The position numbers and the translations under genes are program-made. From contig NZ_LT671858.1 of the NCBI RefSeq assembly GCF_900083515.1, forward strand, positions 90,001 through 122,000: a stretch of 32,000 nucleotides of DNA. Reading direction: 5' to 3'. The notes under the pieces were generated by a model. It saw nothing but the letters and a program-made list of their open reading frames with translations, did not search any database and had not been told where the DNA came from. Shown one piece after another: positions 25,744 through 32,000 of this stretch. How positions within the stretch are numbered: position 1 is the first letter of the stretch; each line of letters begins with the position of its first letter. This stretch comes from Cuniculiplasma divulgatum. Lineage in GTDB: Archaea > Thermoplasmatota > Thermoplasmata > Thermoplasmatales > Thermoplasmataceae.

Positions 25744-28107
25744 TCAGATACCATAATGCCTGAAAATATAATTTTTACCAAGATCAATTATGGCCATTGA
25801 AAGGAACGTAAGGGCGAGAACCAGTAGAATATTACGCAGTGGAATAGCAGTAACCAGTATTCCCAGCCATGAGATCAGACTGATAAATATTAAATCTGCA
25901 ACTGTCGCAGACAGTAACCATTTGCTTGGCCTTGAATTCCAGAATCTTCCCCTCTCCCTAACCATATAGACGGTGAACTGGCCAGAAAAGACCAGCATGT
26001 CAAATATGAATGTATGGATCTGATTGTTGTTTAGGCCAAGCCTCATTCCTATAATCAGGATAGCAAAGGATTCCACAACAATGAACATTGCAAGGCTAAA
26101 GGAGGATCCAACAAGCGATCTCACATTCCACTTCTCAGGGTTCTTTGAGAATCTCACATTGTCAGTTGCGATGGACATTGTAACGAAATCGTTCGCAAAA
26201 AGTAGCAGGATTATATCAAAGGGTGTTGTGACGAAGAATCTGAATATGAAAAACGAAGTTGTGAGGAAAATTGCAACCTGTACTGTTTTTATTATCTTGT
26301 TAAGAGTGTATGTAAGCATTCTCTGAAAGATCTTCCTTCCGTCCTCGACTGCACTGACTATATCTGTAAGCCCCTCATGGGTAAGAACTATACTGGCTGA
26401 AGCCTTGGCAACATCTGTGGCCGAGGCAACTGCAATACCAACCTCTGCCTGCTTCAGTGCTGGAGCATCATTGACACCATCACCAGTCATTCCTGTGATG
26501 TGTCCCTCCTTCTGCAGGATTTTTACAATGGAAAATTTATCCTCCGGAAATACCTCTGCAAAAGCATTGCAGTCATCCACCTTCGTTTTTCCAGAAATAA
26601 CATCAGAAACCCTGCTTACATTCTGTCCTATACCAACTTCCTTTGCTATCTCCTCTGCAATGGGTGTAGAATCACCTGTAATCATTCTAGGTACAATACC
26701 CATGTCCCTTAGTTTTCCTATGAGTTCTTTCGAGTCATCCCGTGGAGGATCATGCATGGGAATGAGTCCACTGAATTTCCAGGTAGTTCCATCATTTACC
26801 GCCACAGCAATTGTTCTATATCCTCTTAGAGAAAGTTCCCTGGCCTTTTCCATAACCTCATCTACTTTGATTCCAGGACACATGGCGGCTAAAACCTGTG
26901 GTGCGCCCTTTGTGACAGTGATCATTCCATCAGGTGTTTCAACCTTTGCCTGTGTCCTCTTTGTGGCGGGTTCAAAGGGTGTGAAATCAGTTATCCTGTA
27001 CCCTTCCATATTTACTCCTGCTGATTTCCCAAAATTTATGATTGCAAGATCTATTGAATCCAGGCTGGATTCATCTGATGCAAGCATGGCATATCTTGTA
27101 ATATCTTCTCTAGAGGATTCAAATAGAACAGGTTCCTGCACTGTCAGTTCATTTTTTGTAAGCGTACCGGTTTTATCAAAGCATATGGAATCCATGGAAG
27201 CAGCGTCCTCAACTGCATTCAACCTTGTAACAAGTGCACCCTTTTTTGAAAGGTCTATTGCACCGTATGCAGTTGCGATCGTAAATGTTGCAGGCAGGGC
27301 AACGGGTATTGATGCTATCAGAACTACCAGTGAGAAAGGTATGGCATCGATAAGAGGAACGTTATAGATAAAGGAGAATACGACGAGGCCGAGTACAAGA
27401 ATAACATCTATAACTGCAAGGTATTTCACAATGCTGAGAATGAGCTTTTCAAGATGTGATTCTGATTTTGCGCTGCTGACAAGTTCTGCTGTATGTCCAA
27501 ATAGTGTTTTAGCTCCAGTTGCAACTACAAGTCCTGTTGCCTCTCCCTTTTTTACAATTGAACCTGAAAATATCTCTCCATTTTCTCCCCTTCTAACAGG
27601 ATTTGATTCTCCTGTGAGTGCTGATTGATCGACTTCTACCTTTCCTCTTTCAATCTTAACGTCAGCAGGAACAACATCTCCCATTCTTACATGAACCACA
27701 TCTCCTGGAACAAGTTCAGTTGAGATGATCTGTTCCCAACTTCCATTCCTCAGCACCCTGGTTTTTACAGTGATCCTGCTCCTGAGCATCTCCACTGCAT
27801 CACTGGCCCTGGATTCCTGAAAGAAGCTGATGAAGCTGTTGAATATTAGAAGGGATAGGATGATATATGTATCCAGATCCTTCCCTATAAAAAATGTTAT
27901 GATCGCAGTGATTTCAAGCATCCATGGTACAGGCGCCCAAAACTTCTTCAGAAATTTCAGGACAGCGTTCTCCTTCTTCTCCACAACCTCATTTTTACCA
28001 TATTGCCTGATCCTCTGTTCTACATCGGAAGAACTGAGACCGGAAGATGAAGAATTGAGTTTATTGTAACATTCCTTTGTGGACAGTTTCTCGAATTCAT
28101 TATCCAT
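25744..28107 (-). CDS. P-type ATPase, type III (plasma-membrane H+-ATPase-like)
   Basis: LTGES, CFDKTGTLT, KGAP, MITGD and TGDGVNDAPALKQAEVGIAV. The N-terminus YGKNEV.EKKEN..LKFLKKFWAPVPWMLE is like PMA-type pumps. Length is 787 aa. Confidence 0.9.
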   Translation of the reverse strand: MDNEFEKLSTKECYNKLNSSSSGLSSSDVEQRIRQYGKNEVVEKKENAVLKFLKKFWAPVPWMLEITAIITFFIGKDLDTYIILSLLIFNSFISFFQESRASDAVEMLRSRITVKTRVLRNGSWEQIISTELVPGDVVHVRMGDVVPADVKIERGKVEVDQSALTGESNPVRRGENGEIFSGSIVKKGEATGLVVATGAKTLFGHTAELVSSAKSESHLEKLILSIVKYLAVIDVILVLGLVVFSFIYNVPLIDAIPFSLVVLIASIPVALPATFTIATAYGAIDLSKKGALVTRLNAVEDAASMDSICFDKTGTLTKNELTVQEPVLFESSREDITRYAMLASDESSLDSIDLAIINFGKSAGVNMEGYRITDFTPFEPATKRTQAKVETPDGMITVTKGAPQVLAAMCPGIKVDEVMEKARELSLRGYRTIAVAVNDGTTWKFSGLIPMHDPPRDDSKELIGKLRDMGIVPRMITGDSTPIAEEIAKEVGIGQNVSRVSDVISGKTKVDDCNAFAEVFPEDKFSIVKILQKEGHITGMTGDGVNDAPALKQAEVGIAVASATDVAKASASIVLTHEGLTDIVSAVEDGRKIFQRMLTYTLNKIIKTVQVAIFLTTSFFIFRFFVTTPFDIILLLFANDFVTMSIATDNVRFSKNPEKWNVRSLVGSSFSLAMFIVVESFAILIIGMRLGLNNNQIHTFIFDMLVFSGQFTVYMVRERGRFWNSRPSKWLLSATVADLIFISLISWLGILVTAIPLRNILLVLALTFLSMAIIDLGKNYIFRHYGI

Positions 28108-28405
28108 TCTATCAGTTCTCCCTTACAGAATGTGAATTAGTGAGGGTATAATAATAAAACAATATTGAATGAACAACACGTTTTAAAATAGTTTCTGAAT
28201 TTGTATTTTCAGTGCCCGTCACTTTTCACCTGATTTTAATATCCCATTATAATATTTTAACTATTAACCTGAGAAATCATGCAATAATTAGCCATCTATC
28301 TCCGTTCTAAAAATTCCTAGCAATCCTTTCTATATCGATTCAGCCAGATCAAACTCCAAATTCCTGATCAAGACACCAACAAGTCAATGTTACATAAAAA
28401 GAATC

Positions 28406-28697
28406 ATGACCACAGAACTTTTGCTCAGAGGGCCTGTAGAAGCAGACATTAAAAGCATGTTCATGAGGGAATTTTTACATCGAAGATGTAGTAATCAATT
28501 TCCCACACAGAAGAAAAGGCACATGTAGTTTTCTGTTAAGAGGAATTCCAAAGGATCATTTAAAAGCTATTGTGGCAGATACACCATTAATTAACAAACA
28601 GGCTATTGCATTTTATCAAAAAATGGGATTTGTAAAGGCCTTGGGATTATCCGGAGAGTTTAGTAAAACATGGAACAGAATGTCAAAACCTGAGTGA
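28406..28697 (+). pseudogene. Degraded GNAT N-acetyltransferase
   Basis: One frame gives the N-terminal part, MTTELLLRGPVEADIKSMF, and stops at 28526. Another frame (open 28467-28697) gives the GNAT core, FYIEDVVINFPHRRKGTCS...INKQAIAFYQKMGF. The total is too short for a GNAT, so it is frameshifted and internally deleted. Confidence 0.6.
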
Positions 28698-28714
28698 ATG
28701 CATTTTACCGTGAT

Positions 28715-28930
28715 TTATAAGTCATCATAAACATTCTTTCTGTTTCCCACTTCAATCACAAAGATAACAAGTTTCTCCCTTTCTATACTCATGATCACTC
28801 TGTACTTTCCAGCTCTCAAACTATAAAGCGGTACTCCCCTGAGACGTTTGATGTAATGAAACGGATTTTTGCTGATAATCATCATATTTTTCAAGATATT
28901 TTCGACGCCAACACTTTTCATTTTCTTCAA
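28715..28930 (-). CDS. relE: RelE/ParE-family toxin (possibly N-terminally truncated)
   Basis: GKYRVIMSIEREKLVIFVIEVGNRKNVY is the classic RelE C-terminus. The ORF is only 71 aa with a TTG start, and a stop lies 2 codons upstream. The first beta-strand seems to lie in another frame (…KIDRNNCLILEE…). Confidence 0.65.
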   Translation of the reverse strand: MKKMKSVGVENILKNMMIISKNPFHYIKRLRGVPLYSLRAGKYRVIMSIEREKLVIFVIEVGNRKNVYDDL

Positions 28931-28967
28931 GAATCAGACAGTTGTTTCTATCAATTTTACCTCGTAA

Positions 28968-29198
28968 TCAGGCAATTTTTAGCCTCTTCCTCACTTCATC
29001 GGTTGAATATACCCTACCCTCTTTAATATCCTTTAGAGACATTTCTATCTTCTCAATTGTATCTTTGGAAAGAGGTTCCTCGTCCTCTGCAAGTTTTAAA
29101 AGTCTTCTTATGACTGAATCGTAGGACTCCTTTGGATTGAGTCTCAAAGAATTGAGTCTTTCCTTAAGATCCTTTTTTATTTGGATAGTTGTCTCCAT
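28968..29198 (-). CDS. RelB-like antitoxin
   Basis: The 76-aa ORF lies directly upstream of the RelE gene. It has an RHH-like N-terminus (TIQIKKDLKERLNSL) and the tail EGRVYSTDEVRKRL. Confidence 0.6.
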   Translation of the reverse strand: METTIQIKKDLKERLNSLRLNPKESYDSVIRRLLKLAEDEEPLSKDTIEKIEMSLKDIKEGRVYSTDEVRKRLKIA

Positions 29199-29360
29199 AC
29201 TTATGTAATTATATGATACAGTTAACGTTTATTATGAGTACTTATAACAAGATATGGCAGCTTATGGGACAATCCATTTATTCAATAGTTTCCTATCTAT
29301 TCAAATCAAAGAAAAATTAAGTATTCGCTGACCTGAAAGTCAGTTCCGTTCTATTTCTGA

Positions 29361-29921
29361 TCAGTTGGTTACATTACCGAAAATTCTAACTCCTGCCTCA
29401 TATCCTCTCCTTAGCATGGTCGTGTTTCTTTCAGTATATTTTCCCCCAAAAGCATTACTTACATATTTCATTGCATCATCAAAATGAATTTTCGGATCCA
29501 TGGAACTAATAAATCCTAGAAGTACCATGTTGATGCTTCCACTGGAATCATCACCGGCTATGGACTGGCAGTCAACCCAGTAAACCTTCTTTCCCTCAAC
29601 AAAGTCAATGACAACATCCTTCCCCGGATCATTAATTCTGTTTCCGATACATATTCCAGTTTCTTTCAGGACATACATGTTTGATAATGCCTCTGATGTT
29701 TTCATTCCAATAAGTACATCTGCATCATTTTTTGTAAGTATGGGCGATTTTGCCCCATCATATTTTATATCTGAAACAACACTTCCGCCCCTCTGTGAAA
29801 GACCATGAATCTCAGACATGACTGGATCAAGATTCTCATTCATAAGAATGGTTGAAATTGCCTTTGCCATGGTAATCACTCCCTGACCACCAACACCGGC
29901 AATCCGGTATGCACCTGTCAT
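29361..29921 (-). CDS. iorB: Indolepyruvate:ferredoxin oxidoreductase, beta subunit
   Basis: IAGVGGQGV, at about 186 aa. The start ATG (29921-29919) overlaps the iorA stop TGA (29920-29918) as ATGA. The ORF track's longer 29951 start is probably too far upstream. Confidence 0.85.
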   Translation of the reverse strand: MTGAYRIAGVGGQGVITMAKAISTILMNENLDPVMSEIHGLSQRGGSVVSDIKYDGAKSPILTKNDADVLIGMKTSEALSNMYVLKETGICIGNRINDPGKDVVIDFVEGKKVYWVDCQSIAGDDSSGSINMVLLGFISSMDPKIHFDDAMKYVSNAFGGKYTERNTTMLRRGYEAGVRIFGNVTN

Positions 29922-31768
29922 TGTACCACCTCTATGGCCTTGAATGGACATACATAAATGTCAGAGCACATTCCGCATCCATCACATTCCCCAGAATCTA
30001 TGAATATGGTTCCATCTGGCTTTTCCTGAATTGCTGGACAGTGAAAATCATCAATGCAGTTTCTGCAAAGGCTGCATTTTTCAGTGTTGATCTGATACTT
30101 CAGTCTCCGTGCCTTTTCTTCTCTGTTTATGAGGGCACATTCTCCTCTTGTTATAACAACTGTAATCCCAGAGGATTTTAACGCTTTCATGGTTGTAAGC
30201 ATGAGCTCTTTCTGGTTATAACTGCTTGCAGTTATAACATCCTTTACACCGCATGCCCTGATCATTCCCTCAAGTGGAATTCCTGTGAATTCTTCACCGT
30301 TTACAACCGCATCCTTCTCTGGTGTTGGTTCCTGACCAGTCATTGCAGTGGTGCTGTTATCCAAAATGAATATTAGCATGTTAGCTCCTGATCTTACTGC
30401 ATTTGCCAGAGCGGTTATGCCTGAATGGTAAAATGTTGAATCACCGATGAACGATACCACTCTCTGTCCTGTGGCGAGGCTTATGCCTGAACCGGTGGAG
30501 ATGGACGCTCCCATATCAAGCATCGTATCTCCAGCAGAGTATGGCTCATAGTAACCAAGTGAATAACATCCGATATCTGAGGTGATCACAGTCTGCGGCT
30601 TTCCTGCAAGTTTTAGTGCCCTCTTTATTGTGTAGAAGGATGATCTGTGAGGACATCCGGGGCAGAAATCAGGTCTGGAAGCAGGCTTGGGGATTGATGT
30701 GTCTTCAATATTAAGGCCAAGTATCTTCCTGATGCCATTTTTTACAATGTCCGGGTTCATCTCATATGACCATGGCATATATTCATCCAGCTTTCCGTGA
30801 ATGATTGCACCACTGCCAAGAATATCCCTGTATGTCCTTATCTTTGTCTCAAGATATGGATCAAGTTCTTCAACAATAAGAACAATATCATTTTCCTTCA
30901 GGAATTGAGCCGTTATTTCCTGTGGGATTGGATTGGTAAGCCCAAGTTTCAGCACATTCATTTCAATACCCATAGAAAAGATCGCATCAGTGGATTGGTT
31001 ATACGAGGACCCTGAGGTGATTATACCAATTCTGGAACTCCCATATCGCTCAATTCTGTTGAGTGAGGAGAAGAAGCTATCATTTCCTAGAAGAGCCATC
31101 TTATGCAGCAGATCATTTTTCAGAATACGTGCATTGGAAGGGATGGCCGTTGTCCTGTTTCTAATGCTTTTTACATCAATATTCTTCCTCTGAGCATTCA
31201 TGATTTCTCCAAGTTCCACTGGCGCTCTCATGTGGCTTACCCTTGTTGATGTCCTGTATAAGACAGGTATGGAATATTTCTCTGATATCTCAAAAACAAA
31301 TTTCACAAAGTCCTTGCATTCCTGCGGAGTTGACGGCTCTATCATCGGAGCATGTGCAAGATCAGCATATCTTCTGGAATCCTGTTCATTCTGAGAAGAA
31401 AACATTGATGGATCATCCGCAACCATTACCATCATCCCAGCGCCAATTCCAGTATAAACTGAACTGACAAATGGATCAGAGGCAACATTCAATCCAACGT
31501 GCTTCATGAACACAGAAGATCTTAGACCTGCAAGGGAGGCGCCATAGGCGGTCTCATATGCAACCTTCTCATTTATTGAATACTGGAAATAGGATCCATT
31601 CTTACTTCCATCCCGTGCCATAACATTCCCAATTTCGCTGGAAGGTGTTCCAGGATAGGTTGCAGAGAACCCATTTCCATTCTCCAGAAGACCTCTTGCA
31701 ATGGCCTCATTACCAAGCATTAGCTTTTTATTGCCATTTTCAACCCTCAAGGTTTCGGAAAGAATCAT
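29918..31768 (-). CDS. iorA: Indolepyruvate:ferredoxin oxidoreductase, alpha subunit
   Basis: The 616-aa ORF has the TPP motif GDSTFYHSG and two C-terminal 4Fe-4S clusters (CSLCRNCIDDFHCP, CDGCGMCSDIYVCP). Confidence 0.9.
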   Translation of the reverse strand: MILSETLRVENGNKKLMLGNEAIARGLLENGNGFSATYPGTPSSEIGNVMARDGSKNGSYFQYSINEKVAYETAYGASLAGLRSSVFMKHVGLNVASDPFVSSVYTGIGAGMMVMVADDPSMFSSQNEQDSRRYADLAHAPMIEPSTPQECKDFVKFVFEISEKYSIPVLYRTSTRVSHMRAPVELGEIMNAQRKNIDVKSIRNRTTAIPSNARILKNDLLHKMALLGNDSFFSSLNRIERYGSSRIGIITSGSSYNQSTDAIFSMGIEMNVLKLGLTNPIPQEITAQFLKENDIVLIVEELDPYLETKIRTYRDILGSGAIIHGKLDEYMPWSYEMNPDIVKNGIRKILGLNIEDTSIPKPASRPDFCPGCPHRSSFYTIKRALKLAGKPQTVITSDIGCYSLGYYEPYSAGDTMLDMGASISTGSGISLATGQRVVSFIGDSTFYHSGITALANAVRSGANMLIFILDNSTTAMTGQEPTPEKDAVVNGEEFTGIPLEGMIRACGVKDVITASSYNQKELMLTTMKALKSSGITVVITRGECALINREEKARRLKYQINTEKCSLCRNCIDDFHCPAIQEKPDGTIFIDSGECDGCGMCSDIYVCPFKAIEVVQ

Positions 31769-32000
31769 GGTTATAAATAAAACTTGAGATTATTTCTATT
31801 ACGAGGCTGATATATGAGGCTAAACCGGCATGCTCCTCATTCGCACGGCACAATAAATATGCAGAAAATCTTATCTCCCTGAAGTTTTATTCCTCACGAG
31901 TTTTCAATCCTTTCATTCAACCAGCTTAAAATATTATTGGGGGCTTCCTCATCAAGTATTCTATCTGAAGAATTATAGTTCAGAGAAACATACTGTGCTG

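Noticed and set aside
26405-27367. 320-aa plus-strand ORF (and other plus-strand ORFs between 26024 and 28069)
   Set aside because: It lies entirely antisense to the strongly supported P-type ATPase gene. Its low-complexity Ser/Ala/Thr-rich translation is typical of shadow ORFs.
31894-32000. Open minus-strand frame (…ILDEEAPNNILSWLNERIENS*) that could be the 3' end of a gene running off the window
   Set aside because: Only 35 codons are visible and no motif is present. This is insufficient to call a feature.

Overview
This is an AT-rich, gene-dense prokaryotic chromosome segment. Its gene content looks archaeal: IorAB indolepyruvate:ferredoxin oxidoreductase, a type-III H+-ATPase-like P-type pump, a membrane-tethered wHTH plus SHOCT pair, and many VapBC/PIN modules. 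A Thermoplasmata-like acidophile is plausible, but that is inference only. Housekeeping-type blocks: ABC transporter (15-1786), RibD_C/DHFR-like gene (3234-3803), LigB-type dioxygenase, wHTH regulator with MFS transporter, a flavoprotein disulfide oxidoreductase (13.6-18.1 kb), ArsR with the P-type ATPase (25.0-28.1 kb), and iorAB (29.4-31.8 kb). Two accessory regions lie between them. (1) At about 4.7-11.4 kb, six same-orientation copies of a conserved 40-bp element cut the DNA into five unrelated 0.86-1.65 kb cassettes. The cassettes hold VapBC modules, a membrane wHTH/SHOCT pair, IS debris and small wHTH/Cys-rich genes, and several are decayed. This recombination-site-like cassette array has no recombinase in the window and is my top candidate for something undescribed. 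(2) At 18.4-24.9 kb there is a defence island: a PIN toxin-antitoxin (TA) module, a SauUSI-like PLD-helicase-DUF3427 type IV restriction enzyme, an AbiEi/AbiEii module with a perfect 13-bp inverted-repeat operator, and an uncharacterised 241-aa gene. Across the window, every antitoxin gene is intact. Three PIN toxins are broken (two by in-frame stops, one reduced to a 20-codon stub) and one RelE looks N-terminally short. I recognised no rRNA, tRNA or CRISPR array. All alignments and counts were done by eye and need computational confirmation.
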